Virus genome (UHGV): UHGV-0201915 | Reading direction: 5' to 3' (one strand) | Origin: a virus | DNA: 44,587 nucleotides | Part shown: positions 16,429-25,402 of the stretch, piece by piece | Layout: every line of letters begins with the position of its first letter | Numbering within the stretch: the first letter of the stretch is position 1 | Notes under the pieces: model-generated | Database searches by the model: none | Seen by the model: the letters and a program-made list of their open reading frames with translations, nothing else | Told to the model about the DNA's origin: nothing | Made by a program: the position numbers and the translations under genes

Positions 16429-16845
16429 ATGAGTAAAGAAAGCCGATGCGAATTAGCAAATGAGCTTATTCGTTTAATCGCTTCTACTGGTCGACAATTC
16501 TTTAATTACGAAGAAAACGGCGGCTCTATTGGACGGTTTGAGTTAAGAAGTGGGAGAACGTATTTTATTGATGGTTATTTAGGTAAATCAATATATGCCT
16601 ATGAGAATCGCTTTTTTAGACAGAAATTTACAGAAGGCGGAACGATGCAAGCTTTAATCTTGGATATCGCCGAGTGGATTCGAACTGGTAAAGCTACAAA
16701 CGCGAAAAATGGATACGGTGGCATCTATTGTGATCATTGGGGCTATCCAGATGAAGATATGAAAAAGGTAAGAGAGAAAGCTATAGAGATTGGCTTTTCG
16801 AAAGGGCTAGATACAGATATCTACAAGTTTAACTATATTAATTAA
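16429..16845 (+). CDS. Hypothetical protein
   Basis: 138 aa, start taken at the ATG after the AGGTGTGAG RBS. Confidence 0.45.
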   Translation: MSKESRCELANELIRLIASTGRQFFNYEENGGSIGRFELRSGRTYFIDGYLGKSIYAYENRFFRQKFTEGGTMQALILDIAEWIRTGKATNAKNGYGGIYCDHWGYPDEDMKKVREKAIEIGFSKGLDTDIYKFNYIN

Positions 16846-16872
16846 GATCCGGTAACCGAAGCGATTGCATAG
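16845..16872. repeat. Intergenic boundary element copy B: AGATCCGGTAAC-N7-ATTGCATAG
   Basis: It begins inside the TAA stop of the upstream gene. It matches copy C at 22 of 28 positions; the conserved ends flank a 7-nt variable core. Confidence 0.6.
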
Positions 16873-16877
16873 AAAAA

Positions 16878-16915
16878 GACCGCTGAACATTGGGTGGCAG
16901 CGGTCTCTGAGCTAG
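16878..16915 (-). terminator. Hairpin 1 (GACCGCTG/CAGCGGTC 8-bp stem) followed by TGAGCTAG; minus-strand-oriented intrinsic terminator
   Basis: The A-run (AAAAAG) lies on the plus-strand 5' side, which gives the U-tract only for leftward transcripts. Confidence 0.45.
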
Positions 16916-16986
16916 TTGAAATATGCTTTCAGTTTAATGAAATTAAAAAGGAAGAATCTAGCTCGTCTGAATTATACCATAAAAAA

Positions 16987-17028
16987 GACCGCGTCATATG
17001 AGGTGACAGCGGTCAGTGAGCTAGGGGG
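16987..17028 (-). terminator. Hairpin 2 (GACCGCGTCA/TGACAGCGGTC), a paralogous copy of hairpin 1, followed by GTGAGCTAG
   Basis: Same architecture as hairpin 1 (AAAAAAGACCGC...CAGCGGTC..TGAGCTAG). It is a tandem duplication about 110 bp apart. Confidence 0.45.
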
Positions 17029-17111
17029 TATTCATAATGGTTATAGAGTAACTATTGTGATCTAGCTCAAACATATTATACAACAAAAAATAGTAAATGG
17101 AAGTGAATTAT

Positions 17112-17519
17112 ATGATACCGAAATTTAGAGCGTGGGATAAAGAAGCAGATACGATGCATGATGTAACATCAATATGGTTCGATAGAAACAATGAACAATA
17201 CAAGTTGGGGCATGTTAGTTTCCCAAGTCAAGAAACAGTAGATACAATATTTGATAATTTCGAACTCATGCAATCAACAGGACTGAAAGACAAGAACGGC
17301 GTTGAGATATTTGAGGGGGATATAGTGAAAGTGACTAATCATCCTTTTCAAAAGAAAGAAGACAGTGCAGGCATCGAAATAGATGGCGATTACTTAATCG
17401 GATGGTCTGATCATAATTTAACTTGGCTAGCTGGCGATTTACTTTTGTATCAGCTAAAACCTTATATCGAAGTTATAGGCAACATCTACGAAAACCCAGA
17501 GTTATTGGAGGTGCCATAG
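17112..17519 (+). CDS. YopX-family phage protein
   Basis: MIPKFRAWDKEADTMHDV is the characteristic YopX N-terminus. GGAAGTGA RBS. The ORF track begins at 17097. Confidence 0.8.
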   Translation: MIPKFRAWDKEADTMHDVTSIWFDRNNEQYKLGHVSFPSQETVDTIFDNFELMQSTGLKDKNGVEIFEGDIVKVTNHPFQKKEDSAGIEIDGDYLIGWSDHNLTWLAGDLLLYQLKPYIEVIGNIYENPELLEVP

Positions 17520-17710
17520 TGAGAGATGAATTTATGGTCAGATACACAAATAAGCACGGTTTTGGTTGCACTCTAGTCGTTTATGCTGCCACGTTGTTTG
17601 AAGCAAAAGAGAAGGCTGAAAAAGAACTTGGTGATTATCTAAAGTCCATTAATGAGATTGTCAACTGCTCATTTGCGCGTGAATTGATTCGCAGTCAAGA
17701 CTTTGAGTAG
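17519..17710 (+). CDS. Small hypothetical protein
   Basis: 63 aa. The GTG start overlaps the YopX stop (TAGTG) after a GGAGGTG RBS. Confidence 0.4.
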   Translation: MRDEFMVRYTNKHGFGCTLVVYAATLFEAKEKAEKELGDYLKSINEIVNCSFARELIRSQDFE

Positions 17711-17736
17711 ATCCGGGAACGTCGCCTATTGCATAG
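17709..17736. repeat. Intergenic boundary element copy C: AGATCCGGGAAC-N7-ATTGCATAG
   Basis: It begins inside the TAG stop of the upstream gene. See copy B. Confidence 0.6.
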
Positions 17737-17752
17737 GGTTAGGAGGTATGAA

Positions 17753-18004
17753 ATGAACTTTATTTTCTTGATTAGTGGAGTAATTATCGGATTTGCTTAT
17801 CGATCTATAACATTTAATTATAGATTTTCATTAATGGTAAACAGCTTTGAAAAGATAAAAGTGTTTAACATTGAACTGATGGAGAAGCAACAACAGAATA
17901 GCAATCGTTATTACTACATCAAGGGAGTCTTGGACGGATGCCAAGGAACCGGAGAAGTACTTCTTGGAAAAGAAAATGTTAGTAAGGCTGTAAATAATGA
18001 TTGA
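17753..18004 (+). CDS. Small membrane protein
   Basis: AGGAGGT RBS, then MNFIFLISGVIIGFAYRSI (a hydrophobic helix). Confidence 0.45.
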   Translation: MNFIFLISGVIIGFAYRSITFNYRFSLMVNSFEKIKVFNIELMEKQQQNSNRYYYIKGVLDGCQGTGEVLLGKENVSKAVNND

Positions 18005-18135
18005 CGAACTTAAATGTTGAGTTAGCATACAGGAGTTAAAAACACAATATATTGTACGCGAAAATACGTTCCTACGATATATTGTGGATAAACCTGTTAA
18101 TATGTGTATAACAAATACTTTGGGGAATAATTTGA

Positions 18136-18648
18136 TTGGGAGGAAACGATTTGGAAATTCAAGTACATGAACTGTCAGAATCGCAGTTAAATGAATTATC
18201 GGATATGATTGTTGCAAAAATGATGAAGTCGCAAGAATCAAAAAGAAAACAAATAAGATCAAATGCCTATCATAATACTATGATGCTGTTAAGAAATTAC
18301 AAGAAATTGAAAGCTCACTGTCAAATTGTAGAAGCAGAAGTTGAAGAAGAATTTGGTACGATGTGGAACGAATGGAGATTCGATATTGATAGTTTACTTG
18401 AACATAAAGCTAAAACCGCAAAGCTAATGAAACACGTAGATTTCGCGTTAAGAGAGTTCAAGAAAGATCAGCCAGAAGATTATGATTTAATCAATATGAA
18501 ATACCTTCTTCCAAGGTGTTTCTCAGATGAGTTTATTGCTGGACAGAAGAATATTGATCGTACAACCGTCGGTAGGAGAATTAAAAAAGCCTCGGAAGAA
18601 TTAGCAATAATTCTTTTTGGGATTGATGTTGTAATTGATTGGTTCTAA
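18136..18648 (+). CDS. arpU: ArpU-like late-gene transcriptional regulator (sigma region-4-like C-terminus)
   Basis: About 165 aa. The C-terminus has an HTH-like segment (DRTTVGRRIKKASEELAII). It sits immediately upstream of the packaging genes, where Firmicutes phages carry ArpU/RinA-type activators. The true start may be the TTG at 18151. Confidence 0.5.
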   Translation: MGGNDLEIQVHELSESQLNELSDMIVAKMMKSQESKRKQIRSNAYHNTMMLLRNYKKLKAHCQIVEAEVEEEFGTMWNEWRFDIDSLLEHKAKTAKLMKHVDFALREFKKDQPEDYDLINMKYLLPRCFSDEFIAGQKNIDRTTVGRRIKKASEELAIILFGIDVVIDWF

Positions 18649-18904
18649 TGCACATTTTGTGCACCACAATGCAACATTAAAAGTGTTACTATGATAGCGT
18701 GAAATAAATGTGATTAATCCGCCAAGCAGACGACTCAAACTTAACTTTATTGGCATGAAGTTTCTCCTTATACCTCTTAACATATATACGTCTAGCTTGG
18801 TGGGTTATTCTCTTTTTGACTACACTGCCACTTTGCGGAAACAGAGTAGGCAAACAATTGGCGGCATGAAATAATGATTTCTACATTGAGCGTGCCGTCT
18901 TTAT

Positions 18905-19027
18905 GTCACTGTGGCGGAATAGGTAGACGCTTATAGGAAAGATAAGGTTTTTGCGTTGCAGGCAACGGCTTCGTTGTGGGCGCTCTTACGAATAAAACCA
19001 TGCAAGGTGCAAATCCTTGCCAGTGGC
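18905..19027 (+). ncRNA. tRNA-like structured element 1 (Leu/Ser-type D-arm and T-arm flanking an ~70-nt insert); not a canonical tRNA
   Basis: GTGGCGGAATAGGTAGACGC is a type-II tRNA D-arm consensus. CAAGG-TGCAAAT-CCTTG is a T-arm-like stem-loop. The termini GTCACTG/CAGTGGC can pair as an acceptor stem. The spacing is incompatible with a standard cloverleaf. Confidence 0.25.
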
Positions 19028-19140
19028 TTAGAGATTGAGCAATAAGCATGAGGCAATCAGACCACTGAATTATCCCAGGTCTTTTGCTGGATAAACAATC
19101 TCAATTACAAGCAAGCTTGCAGGAGGTAGCTCCTCCGAGT

Positions 19141-19216
19141 TGACGTGAAGCATCATTGGTGATGCGTCTGACTGTTTTGGTTGGAAATGAGGTCGGTTCG
19201 AATCCGGCCACGTCAA
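19141..19216 (+). tRNA. tRNA-like element 2 (76 nt): perfect 7-bp acceptor, D-arm and canonical T-arm; non-canonical anticodon arm (possible UUU anticodon)
   Basis: Acceptor TGACGTG/CACGTCA. D-arm GCAT-CATTGGT-GATGC. T-arm GTCGG-TTCGAAT-CCGGC with the GGTTCGAATCC consensus. The anticodon region CTGAC-TGTTTTG-GTTGG needs G.U pairs and an extra nucleotide. Confidence 0.4.
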
Positions 19217-19295
19217 TAGCAACCGAGGATATAAGTGGTACGTGGAGGAACAGCACGATGACGGTGCTATGTAGGTTGCACAAATACATAATCAA

Positions 19296-19322
19296 GATCG
19301 CTTCGGCGGTCTTTTTTATTTT
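19296..19322 (+). terminator. Intrinsic terminator ending the structured-RNA locus
   Basis: GATCGC-TTCG-GCGGTC stem-loop with a tetraloop, followed by TTTTTTATTTT. Confidence 0.7.
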
Positions 19323-19538
19323 GGATACAAAAATAGACCACTACCGGGTAATAGTGGTCAGGAATTAAATGAAAAAGATGTTAAAGGGTTGTTAGACAAG
19401 TATAACATCATAGCGTTTACATAGCAATACAAAAAAGAGCCACTGTTTCCGCAGCGATCTATCTGTGAAACGTAAACAATTTATACATAAAGCATACAAT
19501 AATAACGCTTACATTGCAACGCAGAAAGGGATAGAGCA

Positions 19539-19763
19539 ATGAGAACTTACTGGTACGTGTCATTAAACAATAAATACCCGCTGCCAATGAAAGGACAGCA
19601 TAAACGTGTAGTGATGTCTGTTCAAATGAAGGCGAAGTATTCAATTGTAGAAATGACCAGGGAAGCGACGCCAGTAGAGATTGATCATTGCAAGCTAGTT
19701 TATTGTGGGTATGGGCTTTGGAAAGAGGATCATGTACAAGAGAACATCAGAAAATACATATAG
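19539..19763 (+). CDS. Small hypothetical protein upstream of terS
   Basis: 74 aa. AAGGGA RBS 8 nt before the ATG. Confidence 0.35.
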   Translation: MRTYWYVSLNNKYPLPMKGQHKRVVMSVQMKAKYSIVEMTREATPVEIDHCKLVYCGYGLWKEDHVQENIRKYI

Positions 19764-19781
19764 AAAGGTGGTGGAGCTAGT

Positions 19782-20621
19782 GTGGAAAAATGGGAGTTAG
19801 CCTATAAGGACAGACAACAAGGCATGAAGTATAAAGAGATTGCTGAAAAGTACGGCGTGTCAATTAACACTGTCAAAGCGTGGAAGTCGAGGAAGTGGAA
19901 CAAACAAGACAAAGCTAGTAATCCACCATCTAAGAAGGTTGCACACAAAAAAGGAAAAGGTTGCACACAAAAAAAGTTGCAACCTGTGATAGATAATGAC
20001 GAACTGACGGAACAACAAAAAATGTTCTGTCTTTTTTATTTGCAACACTTTAATGCTACGAAAGCATATCAGCAAGCTTACGAAGTGGATTATAAGACAG
20101 CTAACGTAAATGGTAGCAGACTGCTAGTAAATGCTAGTGTTAAGAATGAACTACACAAATTAAAATCAGAACTTCAACAGGACAACTTTGTTACAACGAA
20201 GGATTTGATTAAGGAGTATATAAAACAAGCCTTTTCTGATATTACGGATTTTACTGAGTTCGGGAGTCAAACAAGAGTTGAAACAGAGTTAGACGAGAAT
20301 ATGAAACCAACACCAGTGTTAGATCCAGAGACAGGTGAGCCAATAACTTATTTAACTACATTTGTCGCTTTGAAGAATTCCGAAGACGTTGATGGAACAC
20401 TTATCCAAGAAGTTAAAAAAGGTAAGGACGGCGTTTCAGTTAAGTTGTATGACAAGCAAAAAGCAATGAGTGAATTAATGAAGTATCTTGGCGGTGATGC
20501 GTTGAGAGAGGCTCAGTTGTCGAAGTTAACTGGGAATGATGGGGCTACTAATGATCAAGAAAATTGGAAAAAGGCAGTTATTGAAGCAGCGAACAAGCGA
20601 GCGGTGATTGATGATGGATAA
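19782..20621 (+). CDS. terS: Terminase small subunit with N-terminal HTH
   Basis: GTG start after an AAAGGTGGTGGAG RBS. The central region (LTEQQKMFCLFYLQHFNATKAYQQAYEVDYKTANVNGSRLL) matches the terminase small-subunit (Terminase_2-like) pattern. Confidence 0.8.
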   Translation: MEKWELAYKDRQQGMKYKEIAEKYGVSINTVKAWKSRKWNKQDKASNPPSKKVAHKKGKGCTQKKLQPVIDNDELTEQQKMFCLFYLQHFNATKAYQQAYEVDYKTANVNGSRLLVNASVKNELHKLKSELQQDNFVTTKDLIKEYIKQAFSDITDFTEFGSQTRVETELDENMKPTPVLDPETGEPITYLTTFVALKNSEDVDGTLIQEVKKGKDGVSVKLYDKQKAMSELMKYLGGDALREAQLSKLTGNDGATNDQENWKKAVIEAANKRAVIDDG

Positions 20622-22062
20622 GATGATCGTACCGTTTTCGGATATAGGCTCTGCAATAGATTACTACTATGACAGACCTGTGGAGTTTTGTGAGGATTTG
20701 CTTCACTTAGAGCCTGATGATTGGCAAAGAAGTGTTCTGAATGATTTATCTGAACATCCGAAGGTATCAGTACGGTCGGGTCAAGGTGTTGGAAAGACAG
20801 CACTTGAGGCTGGTGCAATCCTTTGGTTTTTGACATGTAGACCCTATTCAAAAGTTATAGCTACCGCTCCTACTATGAAACAACTTTATGATGTTTTGTG
20901 GGCAGAAGTATCAAAGTGGTTGAATGATAGTTTGATAAAAAGTCTTTTGAAGTGGACGAAGACAAAAGTTTCTATGGTTGGGGATGCTGAACGATGGTTT
21001 GCTACCGCAAGGACTGCGACGAAACCTGAAAACATGCAGGGGTTTCATGAGGATCATATGTTGATCGTTGTTGATGAAGCTTCTGGTGTGTCTGATCAGA
21101 TTATGGAAGCAATTCTTGGGACCCTTACAGGTTATGACAATAAATTATTGATGTGTGGGAATCCCAACAACATTGAAGGTGTTTTCTTTGACTCACACAA
21201 TAAAGACCGCGATAAGTATCGTGTTCATAAGGTTTCGAGCTACGACAGCAAACGAACCAGTAAAGAAAATATTCAGATGCTTATTGATAAGTATGGGCAA
21301 GATAGTGATGTAGCGAGAGTTCGGATATTTGGAGAATTTCCAAAAGGAGCGCTTGACTCATTTATCAGCTTAGAAGTTGTTGAATTAGCAACGAGTCAAC
21401 AATTGTCCAATGATTATATTGAAGATGCCGTATTTGGAGATGTCGGAGTCGATGTCGCTCGCTATGGTGATGATTCAACTATAATTTTTCCAAGAATAAA
21501 GATGAAGTGTTTGCCATTCAAAAAGTATACGAAGCAAAGCACTATGAACACTACAGGTTATGTTATTGATTGTGCGAAGAAGCTAATGAAGAAATACCCT
21601 AATTTAAAAAAGATCAGGATAAAGGTAGATGATACTGGTGTTGGTGGCGGAGTAACCGACAGATTGAAAGAAATAGTATCTGATGAGAAGTATCCATTCG
21701 AGATTATCCCTGTTAACAATGGTGAATCATCTACTGATGAGTTTTACGATAATCTGGGTACTCAAATTTGGGGAAATATTCGTGAAGTTTTAGAGGAAAA
21801 CATGACAACCAATTTAAACGGCGGTGGACCAATAATTGAATTACCGGATGATTCGAGTTTGATCAAAGAATTAAGTACACGGAAATTCAAGATGACAAGC
21901 CGTGGGAGAATTAGATTAGAAAGCAAAGATGATATGAAAAAAAGAAATATTGGTAGTCCAGATATAGCAGATGCTTTAGCTTTGGCATTCTATGAGCGAC
22001 GAACCCATAAACCAGTAGATGCTAAGTCAGTTATAGACACATACAGAAAGTTAGGATTGTAG
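20608..22062 (+). CDS. terL: Terminase large subunit
   Basis: 484 aa. Walker A-like VRSGQGVGKT and Walker B LIVVDEASGV. The C-terminal nuclease region carries acidic residues. Confidence 0.95.
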   Translation: MMMDKMIVPFSDIGSAIDYYYDRPVEFCEDLLHLEPDDWQRSVLNDLSEHPKVSVRSGQGVGKTALEAGAILWFLTCRPYSKVIATAPTMKQLYDVLWAEVSKWLNDSLIKSLLKWTKTKVSMVGDAERWFATARTATKPENMQGFHEDHMLIVVDEASGVSDQIMEAILGTLTGYDNKLLMCGNPNNIEGVFFDSHNKDRDKYRVHKVSSYDSKRTSKENIQMLIDKYGQDSDVARVRIFGEFPKGALDSFISLEVVELATSQQLSNDYIEDAVFGDVGVDVARYGDDSTIIFPRIKMKCLPFKKYTKQSTMNTTGYVIDCAKKLMKKYPNLKKIRIKVDDTGVGGGVTDRLKEIVSDEKYPFEIIPVNNGESSTDEFYDNLGTQIWGNIREVLEENMTTNLNGGGPIIELPDDSSLIKELSTRKFKMTSRGRIRLESKDDMKKRNIGSPDIADALALAFYERRTHKPVDAKSVIDTYRKLGL

Positions 22063-22070
22063 GTGAGATA

Positions 22071-23690
22071 ATGGGAAGAAAGATTATTGATTTGCTAGAC
22101 GGACAACGGTTTGATGATGAGGCGAATCTTGTTTATAAAGTGCCAATAGAAAAATTACCCAAGAAGAAAATGTACGATAAAAAGTCTTCAGAAACAACAG
22201 AAGAAATCGACTTTGAAGATCCAGAAGTATGGAAGGTAATTGTAGAATTTATTGAGCACCATAAAACCCATCAGGTCCCGCGCTTGGAAGAGCTATTGCG
22301 ATATTCAGTTGCGGATAATAACATTCACTACAGAAAACCGAAACCAGAAGGACGCGCAGATAATCGGATCGGAAGTGACTTTGCTAACTTTATTGTGACG
22401 TTTAAGAAAGGAGTTCTTCTCGGGAATCCTTTGAAATATAGTGGTAATAAATCAGTTTCTGATAGAGTTAACCAGTTTGCAAGTGAATCGAACGAAGATT
22501 ATCATAATCAGTTAATGGCTGAGGACCTTTTCACTTTTGGTCGTGCGTATGAATGGATTGGACGCGACGAGTTCGGAAAGGAAACATTGGCGAAGTTAGA
22601 CGTAACGAATACTTTCATTATCTATGATACATCTAAAGCGAAGAAGTCAGTCTGCGGTGTAAATTACTACAACATTGAATATTTAGATAAGACTACGACG
22701 CACATTGATGTTTATGCAAATGATGGTATCAATTATTATTTCGAGTGTGAAAACGAGGATTACGCTGAAGCGGACATTATTGATCGGGAACAATCCTATT
22801 TCAATACTGTTCAGCTTAATGAATGGATAAATAACGAAAAGCGTTTAAGTGATTTTGAATCTGTTCTTGGTTACATTGATGCATACGATCTTTCTCAGTC
22901 TGAGATGGCAAACTTCCAGCAAGATTTATCGGAGGCTATGCTTGTAATTAAAGGGAACCCTGATACTTTCAAGAAGGAAGACGGTTCAATTGATACAAAA
23001 GGGCTAGACTACACGTTTAAGAATCGCATCATGGTCTTAGGTGATAAAAAGACTTATGATGACAACCAAACAGGAAGTGAACCGGATGCAAGTTATCTGG
23101 TTAAAGAATATGATACGACAGGAACCGAAGCGTACAATAATCGCCTGGTTGCTGACATCCTTAGATTCACAGCCTTGATTGATTTCACTGATGAAAACAT
23201 CGGATCAAATCAATCTGGAATCGGATTTAGGTTCAAAGGTTGGGGGTCAGATAACGATCGCAAGAACAAAGAACGTATGATAAAAAAAGCGATCATGCGT
23301 CGATTAAGATTGCTGACCTATTCCTGGTCTATAAAAGAGGATATTGCAAAGCCCAAAGGCCTCATCAATATGATGAAGGCTGTTTTTGTGTATCCGAATA
23401 GCAAGCAGCAATCTTTATACGATCGAGTGAATGAGATAGAAATTCTATTTACTCCAAATGTACCGCAATCAGACGAGGAAATCATGAACGTGATAAAAGG
23501 AATGAACGGCATTGTTTCAGAGGAGACACTGTGTGAAATGGCTGAACGGTTGACAGGTGTTCCAGCTGATGAGGAACTTAAACGTGTGAACAAAGAACGA
23601 CCGAATGAACCAGTGTTGGACTACGAGTTTCCAATTAGTGATGACGGTTCTAATGAAAAGGATAAAGAAGAACCAGTCAGTGAGGAGTGA
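22071..23690 (+). CDS. Portal protein (SPP1 gp6-like)
   Basis: 539 aa, immediately after terL, with an acidic C-terminus. The size and position match SPP1-family portals. Confidence 0.8.
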   Translation: MGRKIIDLLDGQRFDDEANLVYKVPIEKLPKKKMYDKKSSETTEEIDFEDPEVWKVIVEFIEHHKTHQVPRLEELLRYSVADNNIHYRKPKPEGRADNRIGSDFANFIVTFKKGVLLGNPLKYSGNKSVSDRVNQFASESNEDYHNQLMAEDLFTFGRAYEWIGRDEFGKETLAKLDVTNTFIIYDTSKAKKSVCGVNYYNIEYLDKTTTHIDVYANDGINYYFECENEDYAEADIIDREQSYFNTVQLNEWINNEKRLSDFESVLGYIDAYDLSQSEMANFQQDLSEAMLVIKGNPDTFKKEDGSIDTKGLDYTFKNRIMVLGDKKTYDDNQTGSEPDASYLVKEYDTTGTEAYNNRLVADILRFTALIDFTDENIGSNQSGIGFRFKGWGSDNDRKNKERMIKKAIMRRLRLLTYSWSIKEDIAKPKGLINMMKAVFVYPNSKQQSLYDRVNEIEILFTPNVPQSDEEIMNVIKGMNGIVSEETLCEMAERLTGVPADEELKRVNKERPNEPVLDYEFPISDDGSNEKDKEEPVSEE

Positions 23691-23694
23691 TTGA

Positions 23695-24624
23695 ATGACG
23701 TCCTCAAAAGATTACTGGCGCAAACGTGAAGAACAGCATATCGCTAAAATGATCAAGGATGAGCAACAAATGAAAAGAGCGATCGCCGAACGTTTTCAAG
23801 TTGCCATTGATAATATCAACAAAGAGATTGATGCAAACTGGTCTAGGTTTGCCGGCAAAGAAGGGATTTCATTATCCGAAGCCAAAAAGATTTCAATGGA
23901 GATGGATGTCAAAGCTTTCGCGAGGAAAGCAAAGAAGTACGTTAAAGAAAAGGACTTCTCACAGACCGCCAATGACGAGTTGCGTCTTTATAATGTCACA
24001 ATGAGAGTCAATCGTTTAGAACTCCTTAAATCGCAAATAGGGCTTGAATTAATTGCTTTATCTGATGATCTCGACAAGTACACTGCTGACTTGCTTACAA
24101 ATGAAGGTATTGCTGAAGCTAAAAGACAAGCTGGCATATTAGGTGAAACCATTTTCGATGGCTACAAAGATTTTGTAGAGGCTGTCGTAAATGGTTCTTT
24201 TCATTCTGCGACGTTTTCTGAACGTATCTGGGGCAACATGGAGGCGTTTAAAGCTGAGTTAGATAAATTGTTAGTCCAAACGGTTACGCAAGGTAAGAAC
24301 CCACGTGACATGGCTAGAAAACTACGTAATTTATTCGAGTCTAGCAAGTATGAAGCGGAAAGGTTAATGAGAACTGAGTCTGCGCGAGTTCAAACAGCAA
24401 TTCAAAAGCAAAGTTATGATAAATACGAAATAGACGAATATGAATACATTGCTGAACCAACAGCATGTAGCGTTTGCCTACCGTTAAATGGGAAGATATT
24501 CAAATCAAAAGACATGTTGTCAGGGACTAACGCCAGTCCAATGCACGCAAATTGCAGATGCAGTACAGCACCTTATGTTGATCGTGATGCATTTGAGAAG
24601 TTGCTTAAAGAAAGAGGGCTTTAA
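23695..24624 (+). CDS. Head morphogenesis protein (SPP1 gp7 / Mu F-like)
   Basis: 309 aa. The C-terminal MHANCRCSTAPY motif is typical of the gp7/Mu-F family. Confidence 0.8.
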   Translation: MTSSKDYWRKREEQHIAKMIKDEQQMKRAIAERFQVAIDNINKEIDANWSRFAGKEGISLSEAKKISMEMDVKAFARKAKKYVKEKDFSQTANDELRLYNVTMRVNRLELLKSQIGLELIALSDDLDKYTADLLTNEGIAEAKRQAGILGETIFDGYKDFVEAVVNGSFHSATFSERIWGNMEAFKAELDKLLVQTVTQGKNPRDMARKLRNLFESSKYEAERLMRTESARVQTAIQKQSYDKYEIDEYEYIAEPTACSVCLPLNGKIFKSKDMLSGTNASPMHANCRCSTAPYVDRDAFEKLLKERGL

Positions 24625-24627
24625 TTT

Positions 24628-25042
24628 TATGACATTCACTGATTATAAAGATGAAGACGGCGACATTATTATCATGGCTAAAGAGCGGTTGCCAAGTGGC
24701 ATGACGGTACAAATCGAATTTTGTCTTTACGAGCTATACAACATTGCGGTAGCAAATGTTTATCTAAATGTGTATCACAAGCGTAAGCAGATTAGCGATA
24801 ATACTTTGCATCAGACGGGTAAAGATGGTATCTATCCGTTTATATGGGCATTACGCAAAATCAGAGAGTTTGAGGAGTATGCTAAAGAATCATTAACCAA
24901 CCCTCTTCCAAAGTATATTCAAGTTCACTGGGAAGACAATCGCAGAGCGAGGATATACAAAAGGTTTTTGCAACGTGAAGGATTTGAAATTAGAAACTTT
25001 GGAATTGGCAACCAACTGTATAAGCGTATTAAAACATATTGA
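24628..25042 (+). CDS. Hypothetical protein
   Basis: About 138 aa from the ATG at 24628. The ORF track begins earlier in-frame, overlapping the gp7-like gene. Confidence 0.45.
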
Positions 25043-25071
25043 TAAGCAGATAAAGGAAAGAGAGGGGTAAG

Positions 25072-25401
25072 ATGAAAGATTTTAACGAAGTCATTTTAAC
25101 CATCGAAGTTCAAAAAGGGTTGGGGAAAGCTTATAAAAAAGCCATTGAAACTGAAAATAGCACTCAATGGAAACAGAATCCAATCTACAATAGTAATAAA
25201 GAATTGATTAGTAATGAGCTAAAACCGGTATGGAATGGCAATCATGCATCCGTAAATGTTGTAGAAGGAACTGCAAAAGATCAATTAACCATTTCAATTA
25301 TTTCGCACACACTACCTAACCTTTTAGAAACGACTAGCTGGTATGAGCGAATGGGTGCGAAGGCTGTTTATAAAAAAACTATTAAGAAAAGGAATGATTA
25401 A
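25072..25401 (+). CDS. Hypothetical protein
   Basis: 109 aa. GAGAGGGG RBS. Confidence 0.45.
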   Translation: MKDFNEVILTIEVQKGLGKAYKKAIETENSTQWKQNPIYNSNKELISNELKPVWNGNHASVNVVEGTAKDQLTISIISHTLPNLLETTSWYERMGAKAVYKKTIKKRND

Positions 25402-25402
25402 T

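Noticed and set aside
18905-19027. Reading element 1 as a genuine type-II tRNA (Leu/Ser) or as a tRNA split by a group I intron
   Set aside because: D-arm and T-arm-like motifs are present, but the anticodon and variable region spacing (~73 nt) fits neither a type-II tRNA nor a known intron size. An unpaired C lies between the T-stem and the acceptor. Kept only as a low-confidence tRNA-like structure.
19101-19368. ORFs 19101..19295 (minus) and 19156..19368 (plus) over the tRNA-like element and terminator
   Set aside because: They cover RNA structure (T-arm consensus, terminator hairpin) and lack RBSs. The locus is better explained as non-coding.
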